Source: an uncultured bacterium
GTDB lineage: Bacteria > Patescibacteriota > Minisyncoccia > Phycocordibacterales > PALSA-1337
Assembly (NCBI GenBank): GCA_963701025.1
Contig: OY969557.1
Coordinates: 506,042 to 570,041, forward strand
DNA: 64,000 nucleotides
Direction of reading: 5' to 3'
The translations under genes and the position numbers were made by a program. How positions within the stretch are numbered: the stretch's first letter is position 1; each line of letters begins with the position of its first letter. This document shows positions 44,912 through 56,469 of this stretch, piece after piece. Under the pieces are notes generated by a model. The model was given only the letters and a program-made list of their open reading frames with translations, was not told the origin of the DNA and made no database searches.

Positions 44912-46820
44912 TTATGGCCCGATCGACACCGGTTGCTGTTGCCAACCGCTACTGATGCCCACCGAAGAGATCGTAGTCGTGGCATACCCAGGCTTTCCGA
45001 CCGATATAGTGTAGCCGTTTGCGCTCGTGAATAGTCCCTGAAAGAGGACTTGTCCCGGCGGTATGCAACCGGATGTATAAGAAAACGTCACATCAGAGAC
45101 GCTTGGCGTGACCGTGGCGGTATTAGTCGTGAGATACGCCATGTAGCGCGAAAATTCATTGTTATTGCTTACACCGTTGATCGCTCCGCCAGGAACAGTG
45201 AAGTAGGTATTGTGCGTTCCATCTGGGCCGAGATAATCCGACCACGAGAACGTAGAAGTCGAGGTCGGTTTTGTTGCAAACTGGAATTTGACCGGCATCG
45301 GACCTGTGAGGAGCGCTTGGCTGGCCGGCTTCCAAGACAGTGTGTAAAAATTGCTGGTTGTACCGGTGTCAAAAACCGATGATTCAAGGGTGCCGGTCGC
45401 CGTAGTGTTATATGGATCGCCGATCGCATTCCAATGCAACTGTATGTTCCCTGAAGATGACGCCGTAGCCGTGTCTACGCCACCACTATTAGTACTGGAA
45501 TATGCGCTTTGGTCAATATAGAGGCCATTTTGAATAGGACCATGTGACCAATCCGTCTGCGAAAGATACCCCACTCCTGTTGTCTGAAACTGGTCATACG
45601 CGCCGTTCGAGAGCTCGACTGTCGCTCCAGAAACCGGCAATTTGCTTACCTTGTCAGCAACGGACACCATGAGGCTGTTACCGCTCTTCGGCACGACAAC
45701 CAATTGTATATTTTGGGAATTATTCGGATTGAGCGCGAACGGACTTGGAGGATTGATCCCTTCGACATCATATGTGGTATCAGTCGGCGTGATTGTATAC
45801 GTATCCCATTCCATAGAATTCATGTCGAGAGCGCCACCAGCTCCAGTTGATAGATTCGTTGAGGGATATTTGAGGATGAGTGACGGAGTAGTTGCTATGG
45901 TCTTTGATCCCGCCAGAGAAAAGTGATAGTTGGATATGGCTACGCATGTAGGATTGACGCTTGTGAAATGCAATGAACTTAATCGATCTATGGCAAAGCT
46001 GATACTGGTCACTTGCTGATTGATAACATTCGCATCAGGCTTGGAAGGAGTAGGACCGGCCAATCCACCTGCGGCATATGTCCGGTCTGTCGAATAGCCC
46101 GGTTTAGCTACCGTGATCCGGTACATATTCGCGCCCGGCGCCACACCGATGATGTTCAGCGTGCCGTTATTGTCCGTAAAATCATGGTCCTGGACAGTCG
46201 AGGTGGCCAGGCTCTGCAGCGTCGTCGAAGCGTCTTCCACCGGATTGCCGTTGGCATCTATAACATTGATGACGACTGCTCCCCCATTCGATGCCGACTG
46301 CAGATTGGCCGGAGAGACTTGTCCCGTCAGGATAACCGGCTGGAAATCCTTGCAGGTCGGGCATTCGACGTCTACTTCGACCAGCTTGTCGCTGGCCTGG
46401 AGCTGGATACTCGTCGCCAAATTGATATTGCGGACGGTCAGAGGTGACCGTGAACGTATATCCGCCGCGCGTGAGCGTCTGCGTCTGCGGCAGGATGCCG
46501 AGAGGAATGCCGTTCGTCAGACCGACGGACACATAGGGCATGTTCCTGACGATCTCGAATTGCTCGTCGGCCAATTCGACTGCCAGCGTTCTCGCCTGAC
46601 TTCCGCTCGCCAACTGTATCAGGCTCGTAAAAGCGCCGTATGAGGCGATCCCCACTACCAAGAATAGCGCCGTGCCTACGAGGACCTCAACGAGGCTGAA
46701 GCCCTCGTGGAAAACAACGGGTTGAGGGGACCCTGCGAGCGCGTCGGCGCGAGCACGAGGAATTTTCCAGCAGGAAAATATCCGTGTCCCTGAAGCCTGT
46801 TGTTTTCCACGAGGATTCAT
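44912..46820 (-). CDS. Large pilin-like protein (prepilin signal GFSLVEVLV) with a single +1 frameshift near 46435
   Basis: The N-terminal ORF (46182..46820) and the 502-aa ORF (44912..46420) join if one nucleotide is removed after ...TVTSDRP. Confidence 0.6.
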
Positions 46821-46823
46821 GAA

Positions 46824-48044
46824 CTAATTGATAGCATTCACCAGCGAATACATCGGACTGATCATGGAGACCGCGAAGAAACCGACGGCCGCGCCGATGA
46901 CGAGCATCAGGAACGGCTCGATCACCGTGGACATGTCCTTCGTCTTCTGGTCTACGTCTTCTTCGTAATAACGGGCGACGCCCTGGAGCATCTCTCCCGT
47001 CTTGCCAGTCTCTTCGCCGACCGAGAGCATTTCGACGAAGAAGGCCGGAAAGAGCTTTTCGTGCTCGCTGAAGACCTTGGACATGAGATCGCCCTTCTTG
47101 ATGGCTTCGCCCGCCTGGACCAGGACCGCCCGGAAATGGACGTTCTGGACCACCGCCGCGGTGATCGACATGGACTCGACTATATCGACCCCGGATCCGA
47201 TGAGCGATGACAGGGTACGGGCCGTCCGGGCGGTATTGACTTCTTGGACCAAGCTACCGATGATCGGTATCTTCAGCATGACGGCGTGTATGACATTCTT
47301 GCCGGAGGGCTTGCGCGACCACCAGACATAAGCCCCGATAACGATGACTAGCGCGAGGAAAACGAACAGGCCCTGGTGCTGGACCGTATCGCTTATATCC
47401 AATATTACCTGCGTGGTGAAAGGCAGTTGGACGTGAAGGCTGGTGAAAGTGCTCAAAAGAGTCGGTATGACGAAGATGAACATCAGTATGGCTATGATGA
47501 TCATGGCGCAAAGGATGATCGCCGGATACATCATGGCGCCACGGATGCGCCGCTCAAGGGCGAATGTGCTCTCCATCTGGGTAGCCACAGCTTTGAGTGA
47601 ATCGGCTAGCGTGCCCGACTGCTCGCCGGCATGGACCATGGATATGAGTAGAGCGGAAAAGACTTTCGGATGGTGCGACAATGCCTCGGCGAACGTCGTG
47701 CCGCGGTTCACGTCGGATATGACGGCGGTGATGACTTCGGTCAAGGCTTTGTTATGCGACTGTTTCTGCAGGACGGCGAGGGCTCGCGAGAGAGCCAAGC
47801 CCGCTTCGAGCATCGAACCAAGGTTGCGGGCGAAGTTGATCTTGTCTATTGCTTTCACATGCTTCAAAAAGCCGATATTGAGGTTCATTTTCAGGCCTTT
47901 GCGGGCAGTCTTTTCTTCCACGGAGACCAGCTCGTCTCCGCTTTCTCGGATGATGCGGTAGAGCTCGTAGCGGTCGGCGGCGTCCCGTTCGCTCGAGTAG
48001 ACTTCCCCGCCGGGCTTTTTCGCTTTGAAGGTGAAATGAGACAT
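46824..48044 (-). CDS. pilC: Type IV pilus assembly platform protein PilC (GspF family)
   Basis: Two GspF repeats and three TM segments, 406 aa, intact. Confidence 0.9.
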   Translation of the reverse strand: MSHFTFKAKKPGGEVYSSERDAADRYELYRIIRESGDELVSVEEKTARKGLKMNLNIGFLKHVKAIDKINFARNLGSMLEAGLALSRALAVLQKQSHNKALTEVITAVISDVNRGTTFAEALSHHPKVFSALLISMVHAGEQSGTLADSLKAVATQMESTFALERRIRGAMMYPAIILCAMIIIAILMFIFVIPTLLSTFTSLHVQLPFTTQVILDISDTVQHQGLFVFLALVIVIGAYVWWSRKPSGKNVIHAVMLKIPIIGSLVQEVNTARTARTLSSLIGSGVDIVESMSITAAVVQNVHFRAVLVQAGEAIKKGDLMSKVFSEHEKLFPAFFVEMLSVGEETGKTGEMLQGVARYYEEDVDQKTKDMSTVIEPFLMLVIGAAVGFFAVSMISPMYSLVNAIN

Positions 48045-48215
48045 TATCGCTCTTGATTTTAGCTCGGAATGAGGTTGTGGACAACCGCTTGACTTTTAGC
48101 GAGCGTTCGCATAGGATTTAGCCATGAAAGGCTGGGGAGAGAGCGTGATGCCGCGAGCCGGCCTTTCTCCCCAAAAGAGCGTGTCCTAGGTCTAGGGCCC
48201 GCTCTTTTGGGTTTT

Positions 48216-48896
48216 CTACCATATTTTCCGGAGATACTTCTTATCGATGACTTTGCGTAAATCCTTGTTCTTGCCGGTAAAATGGTCTTTGAGCGCGCCG
48301 CTTATTAGGTCTGACATCTGCATGGCATTCACGTATTCGGAGTTCACGTGAGTGATATGTCTTATCCGTCGAATAGTCTTGGTGTTCACTCTGTCTAAAA
48401 GATACTTGTTGAAATTATCGAATTTACCTTTGAACATGCGCCTGTCCGCTCGATCGATGACGACTTCAGCTTCAATTAAATTCTGGATTTTCGCCGTGAA
48501 TAGAACAAGCTTTGACAGATTGTAGTCGTCAAAAATATTGTGGAGCTTGGCGTCATCTTTCACGGCAAACTTGCCTTTATATTTAGCCTTGTCGATCAAG
48601 CGATAATATACGGTAATGCCTAGCTGATTGATGATATCCAGCAATTCTTCGTACATATCCAAAGGGATGATAGTCGATTTTATCTCGCTCTTGAAGCCGA
48701 ACTTATTCCTTATCTCCATGATCTTGTTTTCCAAGGCAAAAAGCTTCGCGGAATCCAGATAAACGGCGGAGAGTATGTAGAAAAGACTGGATCCTGTAGG
48801 AATTTTGTTGCCGGCGGCATCAATATCAAAAGGCTTGCCGGGATCTCCGGATTCGTCGACGAAGATGTAATGTTGCGCGTTTGCCATGCGCGACAT
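48216..48896 (-). CDS. DUF3800 domain protein (AT-rich island)
   Basis: N-terminal YIFVDESGDPG is a DUF3800 hallmark. Low GC. Confidence 0.6.
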   Translation of the reverse strand: MSRMANAQHYIFVDESGDPGKPFDIDAAGNKIPTGSSLFYILSAVYLDSAKLFALENKIMEIRNKFGFKSEIKSTIIPLDMYEELLDIINQLGITVYYRLIDKAKYKGKFAVKDDAKLHNIFDDYNLSKLVLFTAKIQNLIEAEVVIDRADRRMFKGKFDNFNKYLLDRVNTKTIRRIRHITHVNSEYVNAMQMSDLISGALKDHFTGKNKDLRKVIDKKYLRKIW

Positions 48897-48912
48897 TGTA
48901 GCATTTATCTAT

Positions 48913-49197
48913 TTACCTTTGTCGATATTCCGTCAATATCTCCTGCGGCGACTTTCCTTTGAGCGCTTTGTGCGGAAAATAATTCCAAGCGTCGGTAACT
49001 GTTTCCAATACATTGCTCAAGTTTTCTATGTCGCCATCGTCGAACATAGCGATGATGTGCTGAAAATCGTCATTGTCTTCTTCTAGGTATATTGAAACAA
49101 TCACGTCGTCCACGCTAAAATCGCTGTTCGTCTCTTTCAACAATTCTGCAAGCTCCATTTTGAGCTCGGTGCGGCGAGCAAGGATGGGTTGGGACAT
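48913..49197 (-). CDS. Hypothetical acidic protein (94 aa), AT-rich island
   Basis: Clean ORF between the DUF3800 gene and the R-M gene. No recognisable motif. Confidence 0.35.
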   Translation of the reverse strand: MSQPILARRTELKMELAELLKETNSDFSVDDVIVSIYLEEDNDDFQHIIAMFDDGDIENLSNVLETVTDAWNYFPHKALKGKSPQEILTEYRQR

Positions 49198-49209
49198 ACG
49201 AGCCGTGTT

Positions 49210-52048
49210 TCATGATTCGACGATCTTTATCTCCTCATCATTAAGCCCGTAAATCCTGTAAACTTCCTCGTCGACCTTCTTTTCGGTCTTGGATATTTCT
49301 TCCCTCATCGCCAGCCAATCATCAGAATTTTCAGCCAGCTTGCTAAGTTCTTTATGCAGAAGAAGTGTCTTATCGACTAAGGAGACGACGGCTTTTTGTT
49401 GTTCTTTGTTTCCCACGCATATCGGTATATCTAGAAGCGGACCTTTGTCGACTTGGAGTAGGTCACCCAGTTGTTTGCCTTTATTTTTCAGCCAAAAGTA
49501 TGAGAGTCTAGAATTTAGTATTCCCGTAAGATATTTCAGATCAACCCTGTCGGTCTTTATGAAATTCAAAGCACGCGAGCCGTAATACGGGTCGTTGGTG
49601 TAATAGAAACTTGGGAATTTGACTCTAACTCCACAAACAATTTTGGGACCTTTCTCAAAAAACTTCTCGTCACGTTCTCTATGAAGATAAAAGAATGGTT
49701 TATCCGGAGTACCATACTTTATCTTGGCCTCCTTCAGTACCTCTTCATATGGCTCAAAGTGTTTAAAAATGTTCGGATATTTACTTAGTTTTTTATCTTT
49801 GAAATTCTTGTCACAAATATAGAAAATGTAATAGGTTGATTCACCGCCTTCATATTTCCCTGATGCAGTATAAAATTGCTTGAGAAATTTTTGTTCATCG
49901 TCGTTATACCTACTGATGTCTTTCTCGAGAAAATATTTATCGGGCGCAGCCACTATACCTTGTCCGACCTCCTTTTCCGTAAGCTCAAAATTCTTCTTGT
50001 TCTTTATCTTATCGAAAATCGAGTTGGATTCAGTCTTGGCAAAAGTTATATTGCCTCCTATAAGTTTTTTGGGTTCAATCTCGATCTTCGTCTTTCCTTC
50101 GATCATATCGGCTACCAATTTGTCTTCCGCGACATTCTTGTCGGTAACCTTCAAATAATTCACTTCGTATTTTTCGCCCGGTTTCTTCTTTTCAAAGACA
50201 AATATCATAGTCTGTATACCGGCTTCCTGAAAAATCTTGTAATCGCAAAAATCAATAAATGTCTTCAACTCCCCATCTTTTAATGTCTTGTCCCTAAAGA
50301 TGCTGGCTCCAGCGTTTGTGACCCAGTTATTCGGCGCGATAAAGCCCAATCTACCACCTCCTTCTTTTAGAAGATCAATCGCGACACAAGCGAACATGGT
50401 CCAAATGTCCATTTTTCCTTGGTAATACGGACTTTCATGCAAACCGTCAAATGCCGCTTTATTGACGAATTCCTTGATATACGGTGGATTTCCAATGATC
50501 ACGTCGAATCCTCCCTGCTTGAATACCACTGGGAACTCTTCCCGCCAATTGAACGCCTTCTTGTCGCGCCAATTCGCTCCGAATCTGTCTTTCAATTCAG
50601 AGTCCGTGCCCGAGACTAGGGAATTGCCATTCTTTATGTTACCTCCAAGGTTAGGTAGCTTTATCTTTGCGTCAAAAGTATTCAAAAGAAGATTGAGGCG
50701 GGCGATTTCAACCGCCTGTTGATCGAGATCGACGCCGTAAATATTCTGCTCCAGCACTCGTGACCGCAGGAGCGGATCTTTGGGATCGCTTCCGAATCCT
50801 TCGTATTTCTTCAAGACCAAATCAAAAGCAGAGACTAGAAAGGAGCCAGACCCGCAGGCCGGATCAAGTATTTTCACTTCTTGCAGATCGGCAATAGTCC
50901 GACATGAATCCAGCACTGGGCCCAAGGTGTTTTTCACGATGTACTCGACGACAAATTTGGGGGTATAATAGATGCCCTGTTCTTTTCGCTTGCGCAGATT
51001 CTGGCTTCCTTCCGCGCTTGTGCCGTCTTTTTTCTTTTCCTTGGATTTTTGTAGCCTGTAACCAAGATAATTTTCATAAACACTGCCAAGTACGTCCGCT
51101 GGTATGATCGAAAAATCATATTCAAAATAGGTGTCGCGGCCGTATAAAATCTCTATAACTTCCTTTGTGGCGTCGTTGTATTCTTCCCATTTCTCGAATG
51201 GATGTTCGGAAAATAGATTCGAGTTATATATCTTGTCCAACTCACGGAACTTACCGATCATGGCTTGATACAAGCTTCCTTCATTTTTACCGGCCGTCCT
51301 GTCCGCTAGCCACTGGTGCAACATCGGTCTTAATGTCGGCGGTTCGATCTTCCTGTCCTCCGCCACCCGTATAAAAACCATCCTGTCGATTAAGCTTCTG
51401 AACCTCCTCGTCGATCAGATGAGAATCGACTCCGGTATTCCATATTTCAAAGGCCTTAGTCAGTAGACCTCGGCATTCATTCATGTCCTTGGACAGGCTC
51501 TCGGTCACTGAAACCTTTTGCGCTTTTTTGCCGTGTTGCTCGGCTTCTTTATCAATGAGAGACTGCCCGAAAGATTCTTTGGATAAAAGCCAGAGTTGAT
51601 CGAATCTGCTCTCGTACTCCGAGCTTGAGATCTCAAAATATTTTTTGCTGAACAGACTCTTGTCCGGACTTAAAGCATTGAATACGATCGTCGTCTCGAA
51701 GTTCGAAAGAATTGCCCATGTAACGCCCTTATTCCACGAATAACGAATGGCTTGTTGGGCATACTCGTCATCATGCATCTTGTCCGTTTTGAGCGGCTTT
51801 GCTTCAAGATAGAATTTTATAAAGCCGTTAAGGTAGAAACCATAGTCGACTCGCTTACCAGATATCTGCTCTTCCGCCGTGACTTCGGCCCGGTTAGACA
51901 CGTCCCAACCGAGTGCCTCAAAAAGCGGTAAAATAAAGTCTTTCTTAGTGTCTTCTTCGCTGAAGTCTCTAATTTTATTAGCGGCTTTGATGTCGTCATA
52001 TTTTTCCACGAGATCCTGAACTGCCAGTCTTGCTTCATCTTTGGTCAT
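49210..52048 (-). CDS. Type IIG restriction-modification enzyme (N-terminal PD-(D/E)xK nuclease + N6-adenine methyltransferase + target-recognition region), one frameshift near 51380
   Basis: N-terminal part: SEEDTKKDFILPLFEALGWD...VDYGF...LEAK (nuclease). C-terminal part: DPACGSGSFL (motif I) and IIGNPPY (motif IV). The two ORFs overlap by about 95 nt in different frames. Confidence 0.7.
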
Positions 52049-52087
52049 ATGTATTCAGAATCTTAACATGTAAAACCTCCCCAATAA

Positions 52088-53837
52088 CTATTCGCTCACC
52101 ACCCTCAACACCTCCTCTATCGTCGTCAGCCCTTCCGCGCATTTATATATGCCATCCTCCAGCATGGTCAGCATGCCCTCTTTCTTGGCCTGAACCTCTA
52201 TCTCGCGTCGAAGTGGCGCTCTTTCATGATGAGGTCTTTGATGCTCTGGCTCATCTTCAAGACCTCATGGATGCCGACGCGGCCCTTGAAGCCGTCGTCA
52301 TCGCGCCCCGGCCGACCGGCTTTGTAGAACTATATGTCTTTCCAAGTCATCGCTCTGCTTGACGATCTTTTCCGTCTTGAGGGCGTCCAGGACGCGGTTC
52401 AGGTCCACGAGCTTCTCCAACTGGGCGAACTCGGCCTTGGACAAGGCATATGCTGCCTTGGTGTCGGTCAGACGGCGGACCAGGCGCTGGCCGATGACGA
52501 TATCCAGAGTCGAGACCAGCAGGAACGGCTCGACTTTCATGTCGAGGAGGCGCGGGATGGCGCCGGCGGCGCTATTGGTGTGCAAGAGTCGAGAGCACCA
52601 AGTGGCCGGTCAGGGAAGCATTGACGGCCAAGAGCGGCCGTCTCGTTGTCGCGGATCTCTCCGACCATGATGATGTCCGGATCCTGGCGGACCAGAGTGC
52701 GTATGCCCTGGGCGAAGGAGAAGCCGATCTCCGGCCTGACCTGGGTCTGGTTGATGCGGGCCATCTGGTATTCGATCGGGTCCTCGATGGTGGAGATGTT
52801 CACGTCAGGCGTGTTCAGGATATCGAGCATGGTATAGAGCGTCGTCGTTTTGCCGGAGCCGGTCGGGCCGGTGGTCAGTATCATGCCCGTCGTCTGGTTC
52901 AGGGCTTTGTGGATGCGCTCCAAGGCTCTCGCCGTGGAAGTGCAGGATACTCCAGAGTGAAGCCGGATATGCTCTCGCGCAGGAGGCGCATGACGATCTT
53001 TTCGCCATAGTATGTCGGCAGTATGGACACGCGGAAGGAGACTTTCTCGTTGGTCAGGTCGACTTTGAAACGGCCGTCCTGCGGCAGGCGCTTCTCGTCG
53101 AGCTTCAGATTCGAGAGCACCTTGATGCGCGCGGACACGGACGGCCCGGCGGCTTTCGCGGCAGGACCATGGCGTCATGCAAGAGGCCGTCGATGCGGTA
53201 GCGCACGAGCACCTGTTCTTCCATCGGCTCGATATGGATGTCAGATGCGTTCTGCAATATGGCGTGCTTGACCAGCGTGTCCACGATGCGCACCACCGGC
53301 AGATCGTCGGCCAGCTTCTTCAGGTCTTCTTCCGATGCCGCTTCCCCCTTTTCCTCCGAGATCATCTTCAGGGTCTCCGTTTCCTTCTGGATGATATCGC
53401 CGAACTCCGCTTTGAGCGACTTCTGGTATTGGACCAGCGCGTCCTTGACCGAATCGCTGTCGGTCAGGCGCGGCAATATCTTCAGGTTCACCTTCTTCTT
53501 GATGAAGTCGATGGCCGACAGGTCGTTCACGTCCAGCATGGCCACTTCCAGCGAGACGTCGTTCTTCTTGAAAGCGACGATGTTGTGACCGCGGGCGATC
53601 GGCTCGGGTATGAGCGAGAGCACCTCGAACGGCAGTTTTCTTGCCTTTAAGATCCACGAACGGGATGCCCAGCACGTACGCCTGCATGCGCCGCAGATTG
53701 TCCGCGGTTATCTTGCCTTGGCGTGACGAGCGTATCGCCCAGGCGCTTATTCTTTTTATCCGCCTCTGTTCTTGGCATTCTCCAGGTCGTCCTTGGTTAC
53801 GAGACCGGAGTCGAGGATGAATTTATAGAGCTGGGTG
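52088..53837 (-). pseudogene. pilB: Type IV pilus assembly ATPase PilB/GspE, heavily degraded (at least 8 frameshifts)
   Basis: The T2SSE N-terminal domain, Walker A ([12 protein letters not shown]), Asp box, Walker B ([10 protein letters not shown]), His box ([11 protein letters not shown]) and the C-terminus are each recovered in a different frame. Two sites resolved at nucleotide level are +1 insertions (CTT[g]GCC and CTT[g]CAC on the coding strand). Confidence 0.8.
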
Positions 53838-53894
53838 TCTTCGATGAGCATTATGCCCTATATTCTATCAGATAATTGGTTTGGTGTTATAATG

Positions 53895-54431
53895 AAGCCA
53901 ATGACACGTTTGCAACAATTATTACTCTTTATTCTGGATAGGGCCCAAAAAGAAGGTAAGTCTGAATTGTCCCAGTTTCAACTCTTCAAAATACCCTATC
54001 TTTTGCAAGTATATTCCTTGAAATACGCGGGAACCCCTTTTATCGCGGACGCATATTTCGTCAGGGAAAAGAACGGACCAATCTCCATAGAGATATATAC
54101 GGCGCTGAAGAATCTGGAATCAGACGGTTATGTTAAAAAAGAGATTAGGGAAAACAAAGAATACGGTTTCCCCAAACATGCATTCAGCCTTAGTAAAGAT
54201 ATACCAAAACTTGATTTTGACGCGGGTGAAATCATCTTTTTGGATAATTTCCTTTCAGAATTACTCCCGTTGACTCAGGCAAAGCTGAAAGAGAAAGCTT
54301 ACGCAACCGAGCCGATGCAGGAGATCCAAGGAAGAGAAAAGAAGGGGCGTGTACTAAAGGGCGCTCCGTTAAATTTTGCCAGCATTTCAGTCGATCCTGA
54401 CGTGGTGGACTCGTATTCAGATGAATTTTAA
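53895..54431 (+). CDS. Panacea-domain (DUF4065/SocA-like) putative antitoxin
   Basis: MTRLQQLLLFILDRA...FQLFKIPYLLQVYSL...YFVREKNGPISIEIY matches the Panacea pattern (KLQKLLYFA...GPV). The ORF is open from 53835. Confidence 0.6.
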   Translation, partial: KPMTRLQQLLLFILDRAQKEGKSELSQFQLFKIPYLLQVYSLKYAGTPFIADAYFVREKNGPISIEIYTALKNLESDGYVKKEIRENKEYGFPKHAFSLSKDIPKLDFDAGEIIFLDNFLSELLPLTQAKLKEKAYATEPMQEIQGREKKGRVLKGAPLNFASISVDPDVVDSYSDEF

Positions 54432-54852
54432 TGTCGGGGATATATTATATTTTGATCAGTACCAATTCACGGATACTGGAGAACTAAAGCCTCATTTCGG
54501 ACTTGTCTTACTGCCTGAACGAGCCACCGAATACCAGAACAGCGTCTTGTGCTCCGTGATCACATCAAAGGAACCTCGAGTATGGGGTCTCTTACTCTTA
54601 CAAGCGTCTTATCCGTGTTTCAGATGCGATTCGTATGCGTGTTTCGACAGAAAAGATCTCGTATCAAAAAGTGGCCTTAGCAACAAGAGCCAACCTGTCG
54701 GCTCATTAACTAAAGGAGATTTAGTAAAAGCCTTTAAGATACTCCGGAAATCTCTTTTCGTGATCAGCGATCTGGGAAAAAGTCCATACTTCAGAGCAGC
54801 TATCATATATCAATGGAAGGTCGCGTTAGGTATGACTTCTAGTTTATATTGA
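54424..54852 (+). CDS. Putative toxin partner of the Panacea-domain protein (family unknown; weak MazF/PemK-like N-terminus)
   Basis: Its ATG overlaps the upstream stop (ATGAATTTTAATG). N-terminal VGDILYFDQYQF...HFGLVLLP is reminiscent of the MazF GDI...RP.LV segment. Confidence 0.4.
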   Translation, partial: NFNVGDILYFDQYQFTDTGELKPHFGLVLLPERATEYQNSVLCSVITSKEPRVWGLLLLQASYPCFRCDSYACFDRKDLVSKSGLSNKSQPVGSLTKGDLVKAFKILRKSLFVISDLGKSPYFRAAIIYQWKVALGMTSSLY

Positions 54853-54996
54853 TTAGGTCATACCTGAACCATTACGGTCAATTTACCAAAATGGTTTCAC
54901 TATGTTCTAATTTTCCGGCGGTTTTTTGTAAGAAAAAACCACGCAAGCTGTTAAGCGAGCGTGGTGAAGGTTCTTGAACTCCCTCAAACGTAAGGA

Positions 54997-56253
54997 CTAT
55001 TTGACCGTCAATCTGCTCTCAACCCTTTCGAGCACTTCGATGTAAAAACGGAATGGCAATGAGATGCCATCCTTCACACACCGATTGTTGAACAGGTTGA
55101 TGCGGTAATTGACGCTATTCATCCAAATGTTGAGAAGTTGCTCGTCCCGAACATTCGGGTGAACGACGAAGTTCGGAGTATCGTTGCCAGGACATCTCCA
55201 AACGGCGCCGTCATAGTGGATATATAAGCCATGAGTCAACTGATTGCATGGAGCTAGCCCGATGTATGGATGGGCTCCTTCGTGTTTCAATTGCTCTAGA
55301 CTCATAACACCGCGCTCGATCGTCCAAGCATAGACATCGACTGCCATATCAATGTAATCCTGTTCGAATTTGGCGTCGTGCGCAGACTTGACCAACTTGT
55401 GCCCTTTGCCGCTAACCATGGTCGGCGGGATATACACCGGGATGTTTCTTTCCACTCCCCAACGATATATCTCGAATGCGCCGTCGATGTTCTGTGCCGT
55501 AACAGGCGCACAAGCAATGACGATCCTCTGCTTCATCAGATCAGCATTCATTCCGGCCTCGCACAAACGTTCGACAGCTATATTGCGGGCCAGATGGTAA
55601 TCGAACTCCTGACCGAATTCCCTTTTGTTCTGGGGAATGAATACGCCATTCTCGAAGGCGGGGTCAAATGAACGGCCGCCGACTAAGAACGTAGTGTTTG
55701 GATATGACACCAGACGCCGAACCAATTCCTCCGAACCGATACCGAGGTAATGCTGGGACAAAGCGTCATTGCCCATGATCGCACCCTTAGTGAATATTCC
55801 AACCACGATATCCCGTTCAGCGAACCCATCGAGGATTTGGAACAACTCCGGGTTCGCCAGTAGCTCTCCCGGACCGAGGAATTTCACCGATTCAAGGCCA
55901 AGCTCCTTTGCCTGGTCTATGACATTCATGACCTCGGCTAGGCTCATTATCGGATTGTGCAGTTCGGCATTGTTGAAACAGCCGGGGCACTGATGTGGAC
56001 AGGGATAATTCTGGCTGAATAACCCCTTGGCCTCCTCGGGCGTGGCTGCGCCATTTATCATGGCGGCAAAGTCCGCACGAGGGATATTTATGTCCAAGGT
56101 AAGCATCTTTTTGACCAGCTTATCTCTGATATTGACCGTTTCACCGATCCGGTCTTCTGGATAGCTCCACTTGTGGACCATCAATCGGAATCCTTCCGGA
56201 ATCTTGCCTTTCGGCGGCAAAACCGGAGGGACATTTGGAAACTGATTTTTCAT
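54997..56253 (-). CDS. Radical SAM domain protein of unknown substrate
   Basis: CPHQCPGC (Cx3Cx2C) cluster. SD AAGGA before the ATG at 56253; the ORF track extends to a TTG at 56277. Confidence 0.7.
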   Translation of the reverse strand: MKNQFPNVPPVLPPKGKIPEGFRLMVHKWSYPEDRIGETVNIRDKLVKKMLTLDINIPRADFAAMINGAATPEEAKGLFSQNYPCPHQCPGCFNNAELHNPIMSLAEVMNVIDQAKELGLESVKFLGPGELLANPELFQILDGFAERDIVVGIFTKGAIMGNDALSQHYLGIGSEELVRRLVSYPNTTFLVGGRSFDPAFENGVFIPQNKREFGQEFDYHLARNIAVERLCEAGMNADLMKQRIVIACAPVTAQNIDGAFEIYRWGVERNIPVYIPPTMVSGKGHKLVKSAHDAKFEQDYIDMAVDVYAWTIERGVMSLEQLKHEGAHPYIGLAPCNQLTHGLYIHYDGAVWRCPGNDTPNFVVHPNVRDEQLLNIWMNSVNYRINLFNNRCVKDGISLPFRFYIEVLERVESRLTVK

Positions 56254-56433
56254 ATTATCCTTTCTTGTTGATTTCAAAGATCAACACGTTGTTTTTGTTT
56301 TCTGACTTGACTACCTGAACATAGTATAGCATTATAATACATTCCTGTCAACGGAAATCGTCAATAAAATCATCATATTTCCTTTATTAATCAATATATT
56401 TACCAATATCAACATATTTTTGTGGAATGTTAT

Positions 56434-56461
56434 TGACACAAACAATTATTTTGATAGAATT
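56434..56461 (+). promoter_or_regulatory. Sigma70-like promoter (TTGACA-N17-TAGAAT) giving a near-leaderless trmB-like transcript
   Basis: TTGACAcaaacaattattttgaTAGAAT ends 8 nt before the ATG at 56470. Confidence 0.5.
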
Positions 56462-56469
56462 GATACACA

